The notes under the pieces: model-generated
What the model was told of the DNA's origin: nothing
Seen by the model: only the letters and a program-made list of their open reading frames with translations
Databases searched by the model: none
Virus record (IMG/VR): IMGVR_UViG_3300026094_000002
Reading direction: 5' to 3' (one strand)
DNA length: 64,000 nucleotides
Source: a virus
Lineage: Duplodnaviria > Caudoviricetes
Shown here: positions 1-8,885 of the stretch, piece after piece
Layout: each line of letters opens with the position of its first letter
Position numbering within the stretch: the first letter of the stretch is position 1
Position numbers and translations under genes: made by a program

Positions 1-1606
1 TTGCAAGGACTGATTTATTAGAATTTAAATCCAATCCAGTCACATGACCCAAGAGTTGTTCAATTCTTTGACCATTTTTTAGGTTTAATGACAACTCCCC
101 AATCGGTGCCATCGCTCGGGTGTAGTCAATAACAGGCACACCATCCACAGATCCGGAGGCGGTGAGTGAAAGAATCTCACTTGCCTGTTCGTCCGTCATC
201 CAAGTCCATTGATTCTTCAATGCTTCAACGGTTGTAGCAACAGTGATGGTCCCATTGCCACCTATCTCGGAGAGGAAAATCTTATTTTCTTCAAAGCCGC
301 CAAAATCGTCTATCTCATTGACTTTGCTGACCAAAAACTTAGCACCATCAGGACCAGTAACAATGGCGTTCTCTGGCTCTGCTCCATCTGCCTGACCAGC
401 AATTTGTTCTCTTATCGTCTGATTGTAAGCATCAAAGTCTTCCTTGAATCGCTCTACAAAACTACCGTCGTTCTGCTGCAGCAGAACGGATGTAGTAACT
501 TCGGACATCATAATGTCTAAAAGGCCGTCGCCATTTACATCAACAAGCCTTGGGTTATAAGAAACATGCTGTTCTGTATCAAATTCCTTGAGAACTTCAT
601 CAGTGACATCGGCAAAATTGCCTGATCCATCATTTTCTATAAACTGGACTTCTGTATAACCGTGAAATTCACCGTTCTTCCCCAACGTGCTAAAGGATAC
701 AACATCATCGATTCCGTCATTATTGAAATCAAATGCCAGCACCCTGACGGTATCTTTGTACCTTGTATTTGCACGCTCATCGTCCCATTTAGATAACTCA
801 AATCTATTTTTGGGTAGATTCGCTAAATGGTTTATTTCAAGTTCCTCCCCACTTAAATCCAAACCCCACAAATTTTGATTAACTCTATCGGTGGCGACAA
901 ACGTGACAGTACCGTCATTTAGAAAATCACCAGTAGCAATTCCAGATCCATAAGGATTCGGGTTGGTAGATTGAAGTGTTTTAAAGGTGCCGTCGGCAGA
1001 GCCAAGTGATATTGACATACCGTCACCACCAAGCAGTAAATCGTCAAACCCATCATTATTAAAATCGCCAACGGAAGAATCGTGGGCGTTAGTTTCGTGT
1101 GTTATGCCGACCCTTCTGTCAAATCTGTTACCGTCGTTGAAATAGACATAACTCGGACCATACGCAGCCATATCCATACTATGAGCAACAGACATATCTG
1201 TGTGCCCATCGCCGTCAAAATCGCCAAAGTGCACACTGGGCTCTGTGCCTAGAATCTGATTAGTGGCGTTGTTGAACCACGTTTTTGTCTCGCTTTTGAA
1301 AGAGCCACTGTTCCAACCATATATTTGCATATCATATTCTTGCCAGTCTTCTATGGTTGAAGGCTGCGTCAGCCTTCCTGCAATTACTACCTCTTCTACG
1401 CCATCACGAGTTAGGTCTTGGACATAGATGTCGTCAATTGGACCACGGTCGTCTCCAGATAGAGGCTCATAACTATCTATGAGGACTGGCTTCATACTAT
1501 GTCCATTAGGGCTGGAGGAGGTGGAACCACCAGTCCCCCCACCGCTGCCACCACAAGCAGCAAGAACGGGAAGTGCTAAGAAAAGAACAACATTGTATTT
1601 TTTCAT
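1..1606 (-). CDS. FG-GAP/VCBS-repeat lipoprotein, runs off the window edge (absent from the ORF track)
   Basis: Manual translation from ATG at 1606: MKNTMLFFFLALPVLAAC-GGSGGG (lipobox LAAC), then repeats GDFDGDGHTD, GDFNNDGFDD, DFNNDGIDD, DVNGDGLLD; no stop found in the stretches translated down to base 1. Confidence 0.8.
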   Translation of the reverse strand, partial: MKKYNVVLFLALPVLAACGGSGGGTGGSTSSSPNGHSMKPVLIDSYEPLSGDDRGPIDDIYVQDLTRDGVEEVVIAGRLTQPSTIEDWQEYDMQIYGWNSGSFKSETKTWFNNATNQILGTEPSVHFGDFDGDGHTDMSVAHSMDMAAYGPSYVYFNDGNRFDRRVGITHETNAHDSSVGDFNNDGFDDLLLGGDGMSISLGSADGTFKTLQSTNPNPYGSGIATGDFLNDGTVTFVATDRVNQNLWGLDLSGEELEINHLANLPKNRFELSKWDDERANTRYKDTVRVLAFDFNNDGIDDVVSFSTLGKNGEFHGYTEVQFIENDGSGNFADVTDEVLKEFDTEQHVSYNPRLVDVNGDGLLDIMMSEVTTSVLLQQNDGSFVERFKEDFDAYNQTIREQIAGQADGAEPENAIVTGPDGAKFLVSKVNEIDDFGGFEENKIFLSEIGGNGTITVATTVEALKNQWTWMTDEQASEILSLTASGSVDGVPVIDYTRAMAPIGELSLNLKNGQRIEQLLGHVTGLDLNSNKSVLA

Positions 1607-1637
1607 TTTTGATTTAACTTTTTCTAAAGACTTGGAC

Positions 1638-1666
1638 AGTCTATATTATTAGAAAAATATTGTCAA
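1638..1666 (-). promoter_or_regulatory. sigma70-type early promoter
   Basis: TTGACA-N17-TAGACT upstream of the lipoprotein gene. Confidence 0.6.
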
Positions 1667-1676
1667 ATTTAAAATG

Positions 1677-2297
1677 CTAAAATAAACTGAGTTGCATAGA
1701 CTGAGAATAATTTGTTCGTTCTGTAAAAAAGCATTCTCTACAGTCAGGATAGTTACTCATTTGGCACTGTGGTGCTACTTTATCCAGTTTTTCTATGCCT
1801 AATTGACACGTTTCTAATGTTGGACAATAATGAAATCCACTATAGAAACGTTTTTGAGATGACCACGTAGAATATTCAAGTGCTCGCCCATCTGCCCTCA
1901 TTTCACTAAGAGCATGATATGCTGCTTCATCATCTAATAAAATAGCACCACACCTTCCAAGATGCATTGGTTTTGAATAGCCAAAACTCAGGCACTGCAT
2001 TTGTCCCTCACGATACATCCCCGGCTCTAATCTTCTTGCTGAATCCCATATACGCGTTTGTAAAAATTTATATTCACCTGTCCATATATGGTCAAACATA
2101 TCAAATTTTATACCCAAACGATATAGAGTCATTGGAACAGAAAGATAGGTTCGCGAGGTAAATTGTGTGGTTTTTACCTCATCATAAATCATACATAGTT
2201 CAATTGCGTGTGTGCAACAATCTGTAGCAACTGCGTATGGAGCACCGGTATATTCTGCTAATTTTTTTTCAAATTTAAAAAGGGTTTCGTAACTCAT
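1677..2297 (-). CDS. DegT/DnrJ/EryC1/StrS-family PLP aminotransferase (short form)
   Basis: FEKKLAEYTGAPYAVATDCCTHAI start; LSFGYSK with catalytic Lys; GAILLDD; only 206 aa. Confidence 0.75.
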   Translation of the reverse strand: MSYETLFKFEKKLAEYTGAPYAVATDCCTHAIELCMIYDEVKTTQFTSRTYLSVPMTLYRLGIKFDMFDHIWTGEYKFLQTRIWDSARRLEPGMYREGQMQCLSFGYSKPMHLGRCGAILLDDEAAYHALSEMRADGRALEYSTWSSQKRFYSGFHYCPTLETCQLGIEKLDKVAPQCQMSNYPDCRECFFTERTNYSQSMQLSLF

Positions 2298-2300
2298 TAA

Positions 2301-2561
2301 TTAATACTTATGTTTGGATTTTATTGGTCCGTGTTTTAATAACCACTCTGTTAGTGCAGCACCTTCAAGTTCGGCTTTTACGATATACTTCCAACCAAAT
2401 GGATTACCAAAGTGACATTTATGCCACGAAGGTGTTATTTTGGAATGTTTGATGACCCACTGTCCTTCTTGACTTTTCTCCCAATTATACAAGGGTTCAG
2501 CAGCATAAAGATCAGGGTCATCAACGCCAGCCATATCAAATTCATGCACTATGACTTCCAT
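2301..2561 (-). CDS. hypothetical phage protein
   Basis: 86 aa ORF packed in the operon. Confidence 0.6.
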   Translation of the reverse strand: MEVIVHEFDMAGVDDPDLYAAEPLYNWEKSQEGQWVIKHSKITPSWHKCHFGNPFGWKYIVKAELEGAALTEWLLKHGPIKSKHKY

Positions 2562-2562
2562 A

Positions 2563-2799
2563 CTAAGCCCATTTTAGTCTAAAAATTGTTCTTTCTTGTG
2601 GATCGTTAATTTTCCATAGAGAACATTGGTTTGTCCCATCGGCTACCATCCACATACCGATGAATTCAGAATTGATATTTTGTTCTATGCACCAATTGGC
2701 TATCCGAGTATGATGATCATTAACATCTTCATTTGCCCATATAGCAACAAATTCTGTTTTATCAGACCCGGGTAAAAAGTCAGGCAACTCTATCGGCAT
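2563..2799 (-). CDS. hypothetical phage protein
   Basis: 78 aa ORF overlapping the galE 3' end. Confidence 0.55.
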   Translation of the reverse strand: MPIELPDFLPGSDKTEFVAIWANEDVNDHHTRIANWCIEQNINSEFIGMWMVADGTNQCSLWKINDPQERTIFRLKWA

Positions 2800-3766
2800 A
2801 GTTATTTCGCCAATTCCACACGTGTTCTATTATATCTTCAAGTTTCCATCTTGGTTGCCACCCCGAAGCATTTTTAAACGTTTGATAATCTGTCAAAAGA
2901 GTTGCTGGGTCTCCTTCACGTTCTTTGCCATATTTCCATACTAATTTTTTATTAATAACGCGTTGTGCAGTTTTCACAATGTCAATATTGCTTTTGCCTA
3001 CGTTGTTCCCAAGATTATATGGTTGACAGTCAATATCTTTTTCAACTGCAAGTCTATGAGCATATGCAATATCAGAAACATGAATGTAATCTCTAATACA
3101 TGTTCCATCCGGCGTATCGTAATTTTTTCCATTAACAACGAATTGTTTATCGTTTTTTAAACTTTCAACAACTTTGGCGATAATGTGTGTTGCATCTCCA
3201 TCTTGTCCGTGTCTACCATTAACATCAGCACCACACGCATTAAAATATCTAAAAGCAACATAATCCAATCCATACGCTCTATGATATGCTGACAACAGCA
3301 TTTCTATCATTAGTTTGCTTTTCCCATATGGAGAAATAGGTGAACAACAATCAGATTCAGAAATTGGCGTTTGAGAGGGGTTTCCATATACCGCTGCACT
3401 TGAACTAAAAATAAATTTTGTTTTAAATTGTATTTCTAATAGATTATCTAATAGTTTTTTTGTTTTAACAAAGTTATTTCTGAAATATGATTCAGGATCT
3501 TTTATGCTTGGCTCTACTAAACTTGATCCAGCACAATGTATAATAGCATCTGGGGAAAACGCTATCATTTCTTCTACCGCACGGTCTGTTGAAAAATCGG
3601 CTGGTATAAATTTAGTTAGATGAGTCAAGATATTCTGGCTGGGATCTTTAGTATCAATACCAAGAACAGAATATCCAGCATCTGAAAATTCAAGTACAGT
3701 TTGGCCGCCGATGTAACCGGCGGCTCCTGTAACTACAACTGATGGGGTATCAGTTGCACGACTCAT
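2780..3766 (-). CDS. galE: UDP-glucose 4-epimerase
   Basis: TGAAGYIG, FSSSAAVYG, SPYGKSK, FRYFNACGA, GTCIRDYIHV motifs. Confidence 0.92.
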   Translation of the reverse strand: MSRATDTPSVVVTGAAGYIGGQTVLEFSDAGYSVLGIDTKDPSQNILTHLTKFIPADFSTDRAVEEMIAFSPDAIIHCAGSSLVEPSIKDPESYFRNNFVKTKKLLDNLLEIQFKTKFIFSSSAAVYGNPSQTPISESDCCSPISPYGKSKLMIEMLLSAYHRAYGLDYVAFRYFNACGADVNGRHGQDGDATHIIAKVVESLKNDKQFVVNGKNYDTPDGTCIRDYIHVSDIAYAHRLAVEKDIDCQPYNLGNNVGKSNIDIVKTAQRVINKKLVWKYGKEREGDPATLLTDYQTFKNASGWQPRWKLEDIIEHVWNWRNNYADRVA

Positions 3767-3792
3767 ATGTAATTCCTTTTATTATTTTTTGA

Positions 3793-3984
3793 TTACGCAA
3801 ATCTTTTGCGATCTTGTTCCCACATGTCTTTGACGTTCTTTCCACTAAGGAGTTTGTTATACTGTTGCCATGCATAACTCTTCCAATTATAAAGATCTTT
3901 TTCGTTGTACCGATAGCCATAATCTCGGCAAAAGTCTTTAAAATTATCTAAATCGTCAAAGATTTTATCTACTGCTTCACTCAT
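3793..3984 (-). CDS. hypothetical phage protein
   Basis: 63 aa ORF with GAGG Shine-Dalgarno. Confidence 0.6.
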   Translation of the reverse strand: MSEAVDKIFDDLDNFKDFCRDYGYRYNEKDLYNWKSYAWQQYNKLLSGKNVKDMWEQDRKRFA

Positions 3985-4012
3985 TTTTTCCTCTTTTAAG
4001 TTATTGGTGAGT

Positions 4013-4660
4013 TTAACGGACTAAGCAATTATTTTTTATAATTTCATAGTCTCGCTTGTATGTATTCTGTATTGCATTACGAAGATTATTATCTTTTTGA
4101 ACACGTTCAGTAAAAAACTGTTTTAGTTCTTTTTGTTGTTGGTCATCTTCGCTTTTGTTAAAATCAACGTCAGGTGGGATGGGATATACTAAATTTAACT
4201 CTTGTTTCAAATATTGTTCAAAATTATTTCCAATATACATATATTTTCTTTTAGCATCGGGTAAAATGTTTTCAAAAAAACAGTGCTGGGGCCATACGTG
4301 ATCATCAAATATATCTAAATTATCTTTTATAATTTTTTCTGTTAAATCTGTATATTTTATTTTAAATTCTCCAAAACCTTCTGGATCATCAGATTCTAAA
4401 ATATTTCCTTTTATATATTGTGAAATACCTGAAATCCATCTATCAAGTGGGTCTCGCATTACAATTATAATTTCATTAACATTATTCCAATCAATTACAC
4501 ATCTTCCTACTGTTGTTGATGTCCACCCAGACAAGAACATCCAAGAAGTAATAAAACTACTAGCACTTTTTGGAATGTTAATATAAAATTGTGTCGCATC
4601 TGGAGATATGAATCCACTGCCATACCCAAAATCTCTACGCTCAATATAAAAATCTAACAT
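4013..4660 (-). CDS. sulfotransferase-family protein
   Basis: INIPKSASS (5'-PAPS loop), MRDPLDRWISG (3'-PAPS motif), HVWPQ; TAATG-coupled to the clamp gene. Confidence 0.7.
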   Translation of the reverse strand: MLDFYIERRDFGYGSGFISPDATQFYINIPKSASSFITSWMFLSGWTSTTVGRCVIDWNNVNEIIIVMRDPLDRWISGISQYIKGNILESDDPEGFGEFKIKYTDLTEKIIKDNLDIFDDHVWPQHCFFENILPDAKRKYMYIGNNFEQYLKQELNLVYPIPPDVDFNKSEDDQQQKELKQFFTERVQKDNNLRNAIQNTYKRDYEIIKNNCLVR

Positions 4661-5391
4661 TATTGTGTATATGCTGGCAGAATATAGTTGTATTCTGCAA
4701 TACCAGAATTTACAGTGATTTGTGCAACTCCACTATCACTAATACGCATAGTCTTGTCGCCAACCAAATCTAATATACTAATTACTTGTTTTACTTTATA
4801 AAGCCAGCGTCCTTTAAGATTGCCAGTGACCCCGGGATGAAAAACAAATTCACCTGCGTGAGTACTACGGTCACCAAACAGAAACTTTAAATTTCCAGAG
4901 TCTGTAGCGACTTGAAAATTTGGTTCTTCCGAGTTGGCTTGTGCTTGCATTTTGAGACGCTGAATACCAGCCATCGTTGGTTCAAATTCCACGTCCCAAT
5001 TTGCACCTTTGAACTTAGGCGTTTTTAGTTTCTCTGCAATAACCTCTTGTGCCATGAAACGATAATCGTTTTTAAAGTCACCAATCGCATTTTCAAAGTG
5101 AATTCCGACTGGAACGCTCTCGCCATTGCGATTCTGATGACTAACCTCTATATTAGCGTTGTCACGATACTCAGATAGGTTAAGCAAAATCTTTAGTTTT
5201 GCGAGGTTTGGCATACCAAATGTTCCCTGAAACTCGCTCATAGGCTGTGAATATTTTGCATCCACAACAACAGACCTATCTTCAGCAACTGCACTAATAG
5301 TGGTATCACTTGCTGAGCCTGTGATTTTAACAAGGTCAATGCAGCCAAGGTCGTATGTATGTTGTACTAGATCTAATAATTGATCTCTCAT
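4660..5391 (-). CDS. putative DNA polymerase sliding clamp (gp45-like)
   Basis: 243 aa, beta-rich two-domain pattern ending YNYILPA, located in the polymerase operon; family inferred, not searched. Confidence 0.6.
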   Translation of the reverse strand: MRDQLLDLVQHTYDLGCIDLVKITGSASDTTISAVAEDRSVVVDAKYSQPMSEFQGTFGMPNLAKLKILLNLSEYRDNANIEVSHQNRNGESVPVGIHFENAIGDFKNDYRFMAQEVIAEKLKTPKFKGANWDVEFEPTMAGIQRLKMQAQANSEEPNFQVATDSGNLKFLFGDRSTHAGEFVFHPGVTGNLKGRWLYKVKQVISILDLVGDKTMRISDSGVAQITVNSGIAEYNYILPAYTQ

Positions 5392-5405
5392 TTTTTCTCC
5401 AAATA

Positions 5406-6365
5406 TTAATTGTTTTTGTGGTTTTGTTTAATCCGAGCCAGTGGTTGACCGCCTCTTAGTGAATTTAGTACCCCCGGTCGACGCACCTCAATCCATGACA
5501 GCGTTCCGTTAGAAGTGACATTGTCAATAATTTCAAATCCAATGGTTTTTGCGATTTCTTTTACTTCATTTCCCGGCGTATAACAGTCATAGTTATGCTC
5601 ACTGTTCCTAGCCCCTTCAGGAAAGTCGCAGTTGTTAAATGTAAATATAAACATTCCGCCATCTTTGAGTAATGAAAAAACTTCGTTAAGGTATCGTTTA
5701 ATTGTTCCTAATGATTTTTGATTAAAAAATTCTGTTGCGACTATCAACCCAAATTGATTATCAGGAAACTGTTCAAATATGGGTTTATCTATATCTGATA
5801 TTGTTTTAAATCTCAACCGTGAACGGTAGTGTTCATTAAAAGTCTTTTTAATAGGTTCAAGCAACTCTTGGTGTATATCTACCAAATATAGTGGGTCTAA
5901 GTCAACTATATTTCTTGTCCATGTTCCGTTGCCCGGTCTTATGTGCATACCGGGATATTCCCAGTTACTATATATTTTACATCTTTCAATGAATAAAGAT
6001 TTTGTAAATTCGTGGTGTGTTTTTTCTCTGTCAGAAATCTTCTTTAATATTTGTTCTGGTGAATCTGTATTAGATGCTTGGTCTAATTTAACGCTCATTT
6101 CCCTAAGTTCGCCATCACAGTCTCGTATAAGAGAGTCAATATTTTTGATATATTCATCAAGTGCATCTACTGAGTCGCTTGATTTACTTTGTATATCAGT
6201 GAGTGTTGCATTTAAATTAGAGTTATCAATTTTGGTTTTTGATTTAACAAAATCTATATATGATTTAAATTTTTCAATGCTGTCGGAAAACTCTCTGACA
6301 GAAATTTGCCATTTAGTGTCAAGCAATAAGTTTTTTAAATTGATTAATTCACTGACTTTTTCCAT
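5406..6365 (-). CDS. class I SAM-dependent methyltransferase with N-terminal coiled coil
   Basis: HIRPGNG, LYLVD, QFGLIVATEFFN, LLKDGGMFIFTF; TAATG-coupled to the polymerase C half. Confidence 0.65.
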   Translation of the reverse strand: MEKVSELINLKNLLLDTKWQISVREFSDSIEKFKSYIDFVKSKTKIDNSNLNATLTDIQSKSSDSVDALDEYIKNIDSLIRDCDGELREMSVKLDQASNTDSPEQILKKISDREKTHHEFTKSLFIERCKIYSNWEYPGMHIRPGNGTWTRNIVDLDPLYLVDIHQELLEPIKKTFNEHYRSRLRFKTISDIDKPIFEQFPDNQFGLIVATEFFNQKSLGTIKRYLNEVFSLLKDGGMFIFTFNNCDFPEGARNSEHNYDCYTPGNEVKEIAKTIGFEIIDNVTSNGTLSWIEVRRPGVLNSLRGGQPLARIKQNHKNN

Positions 6366-7351
6366 TAGAATTCAAACATATCCTGAAATGTATTTTCTGT
6401 GTTTGTGGTACTAGACAAATCCCACTCTAGAACACCCAGTAAGTTGTCTAGTTTTTTATCAATAACTGTTGCTTCCATATCAGCATCATCAAACGGCAAT
6501 TCTTTGAACCAGTCAGGCAACCTTGACTCATCTGTTGGATATGCAATAGAAGTCCATCCAAGTGCGTTGGTCTTTAATTTACAAACAATAACCTTCATAC
6601 CGTCCATGATACTCATACTGTAATTGTCTGAATTCATCTTTTTCATATCGTTCCAGTTCATTGCAGCACGAACATGACCCGGCATATTTGTCTTTCCATT
6701 ACGCTTCTCACGCTGACTGTACATAGTCAGGTTATTAACACGCTTGGGTGAACCTTTTTCCCAGCCCGGTCGCTGTGTAAACTCTTTCTTGAAATCACGA
6801 ATTCTCTCAATGACTTCTTCTGTTGTTGCTGCATCTAGAACTGTAGCAAGTACTTCACTTAAAAAGTCTTGTATCACCTTGGGCGTGTCTGACCTTTTAA
6901 GATCCAAACCCATTGGTTTTACCTTGCCCGGCTTACCATTTTTATCAAGTCGCTTGCCTTCATTGTCTACCACCATGACTGCATACCGTTTCTTTTTAAT
7001 AAACAATCCACGAGAAGCGACAATTTCACGAGCACACTTTATAAGTTGCCCCATATGGCGAGGACTGTGGAATGCTTGTTCCATAAATGCAGGGAAACTG
7101 CTGCTTACTTGATCAGCAATGCCATCATAAAGTTGGATAACAGTTTCTTTATCCCAAGACATCTCGCCAGATTCAACTTCGTTTTTAACCATCGGCCATG
7201 CTGTAAAATAACAACTATCAGTATTATGTAAAAGTACGTCATTGCCGAAGAAAAATGGATCACCATTCGCAATGCTTATATCATAAACATATTCTTCGTC
7301 GTTACTTTTAATCTCTTCAATGGATTTTATTTTTTCTCGTACTATATTCAT
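6365..7351 (-). CDS. polB: family B DNA polymerase, C-terminal half, preceded by split-intein C fragment
   Basis: After HN the chain reads TDSCYF (motif C), then KKRYA and GLDLKRSDTP. Confidence 0.93.
   Translation of the reverse strand: MNIVREKIKSIEEIKSNDEEYVYDISIANGDPFFFGNDVLLHNTDSCYFTAWPMVKNEVESGEMSWDKETVIQLYDGIADQVSSSFPAFMEQAFHSPRHMGQLIKCAREIVASRGLFIKKKRYAVMVVDNEGKRLDKNGKPGKVKPMGLDLKRSDTPKVIQDFLSEVLATVLDAATTEEVIERIRDFKKEFTQRPGWEKGSPKRVNNLTMYSQREKRNGKTNMPGHVRAAMNWNDMKKMNSDNYSMSIMDGMKVIVCKLKTNALGWTSIAYPTDESRLPDWFKELPFDDADMEATVIDKKLDNLLGVLEWDLSSTTNTENTFQDMFEF
7223..7351 (-). other. split intein C fragment (IntC, 43 aa)
   Basis: MNIVREKIKSIEEIKSNDEEYVYDISIANGDPFFFGNDVLLHN|T: block F (VYDI), block G (HN), +1 Thr. 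Confidence 0.93.
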
Positions 7352-7361
7352 GTGTACTAGC

Positions 7362-8465
7362 CTAATTACCAGTTATTTTATTTAAATATTGTGTGTTTTT
7401 TGCTTTTCTGGTGCGTATATCTGAGTTACAAGAGCATATGCTATGAGGACAGGTGATCGTTTTATCAGGCCATCTTATATCGAAGTCAGATATGCGTCCA
7501 ATAGGACCACCAGCATAACAGAATCCTCTGTATATAAATCCATCATAATTTATATAAATACAATCAATACCAATGTAACAATGCCACCCCATAAAATTTG
7601 CCAAACCATTGCTCAATAATACAAGAGAATTTTTTTCTTCTGTGTGTGATTTGTAATGTACCCGTGTATCTTGCCATTCCTTCAAACTTTGATATTTTTC
7701 TATTATTTTTAATTCTTCTTTTGTATAATATTCTTTTATTTTTTTATTTGACGATTTTAATCTATGTAAATTTTTGTAAACGTTAGTTTTTATATCAAAA
7801 TATTTCTTTTTTTCTTTATATTGTTTTCTAGATATTTTTTTCTCACGGTCAGGGTCAATTTCAGGCAGATTGATTTTGTTGATAGTAAAATTTATTTGTT
7901 TTTCATTGAAAAATTTAACAATATCAGGAATATTTTTAACTTTTCCTGCTGCAGCCATTACATTGACATTTATAAACATAGATGTATTATTGTTAATATA
8001 AACTATTTTTTCTATAGTTTTTTCTATAATTTCTTCAGATTCTTCTATGTGTAAGCTAATTGTCATATTGGATAAATATCTACTAGCCTCTAAGTATGTG
8101 CCCAACTCTGCACTTCCATTAGTGACTACTCCAATTGAATATGTATTATTTTTGCTATCAATATATTTTAGTACATCTAAAAAGTCAGGATGAATGAATG
8201 GTTCACCGCCCGTAAAATCTATTTTAAATTTTTTGTCATTTAATATCGTCCAATGACTTATACTATCTATGGTTTTTTTAATATCTTCTATTGGTAAGTG
8301 TGGGCTAAATGAATCATGGGACCATGAAGGACAATATGAGCAATCATAATTACATCGTTTCCCAATCATCCAACTGACTGTTAAAACTTTTGGATCTTTA
8401 TTTTTGGCATGTTCTGGGCTTTCAAGAGAACTTATAGAAACAATATTATTAAGTTGAACTGACAT
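7362..8465 (-). CDS. radical SAM protein with C-terminal twitch/SPASM-like Cys cluster, lying between the two polymerase halves
   Basis: CNYDCSYC, FTGGEPF, VTNGS; C-terminal CYIG..C..CPHSICSC; very AT-rich. Confidence 0.9.
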   Translation of the reverse strand: MSVQLNNIVSISSLESPEHAKNKDPKVLTVSWMIGKRCNYDCSYCPSWSHDSFSPHLPIEDIKKTIDSISHWTILNDKKFKIDFTGGEPFIHPDFLDVLKYIDSKNNTYSIGVVTNGSAELGTYLEASRYLSNMTISLHIEESEEIIEKTIEKIVYINNNTSMFINVNVMAAAGKVKNIPDIVKFFNEKQINFTINKINLPEIDPDREKKISRKQYKEKKKYFDIKTNVYKNLHRLKSSNKKIKEYYTKEELKIIEKYQSLKEWQDTRVHYKSHTEEKNSLVLLSNGLANFMGWHCYIGIDCIYINYDGFIYRGFCYAGGPIGRISDFDIRWPDKTITCPHSICSCNSDIRTRKAKNTQYLNKITGN

Positions 8466-8471
8466 ACAAAA

Positions 8472-8477
8472 TACTTA
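8472..8477 (-). promoter_or_regulatory. late-promoter variant TAAGTA
   Basis: 6 nt upstream of the radical SAM ATG, the same spacing as TAAATA boxes elsewhere in the window. Confidence 0.45.
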
Positions 8478-8507
8478 GTTTTTTAAAAAATAGAATTTTT
8501 ATTCTTT

Positions 8508-8885
8508 TTAATTTTTTTCATCTGTGTATGTTATAAGATAGTCATCAGTTTTCAATTCTAAGGGAGAAACTTCTAGTGTAAATCCATCTCGATCAATTAT
8601 TAAACTATGGTCTTCAGTAACAATTATTTCTTTTCCAGTTTCACTAGTCACTTTATATTTTTTCTTTTTTGTTTCATGCCTCATGACATAAGATATTTTA
8701 CGCCATACCGCCTGATCATCGTGACTATTGTAACCCAAGACTTCATAAGAATCATAATCAGAAGTGGGGATAGCATATTCCTTATTTCCATCTTGAATTA
8801 CTTTATATGAAATTTGATTAAATAATTTCTCTATAGGAATAGAGCTACCATCGGAAATTTTAATTAGTGTATCGCCAGTGACACT
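8508..8885 (-). other. split intein N fragment (IntN, 125 aa)
   Basis: Block A SVTGDT (Ser1), block B VTEDHS (TxxH), stop after LITYTDEKN; no endonuclease domain. Confidence 0.92.

Noticed and set aside
7362-8465. Homing endonuclease between the intein halves
   Set aside because: No LAGLIDADG, HNH, GIY-YIG or Vsr-like motif seen; the ORF has clear radical SAM motifs along its length
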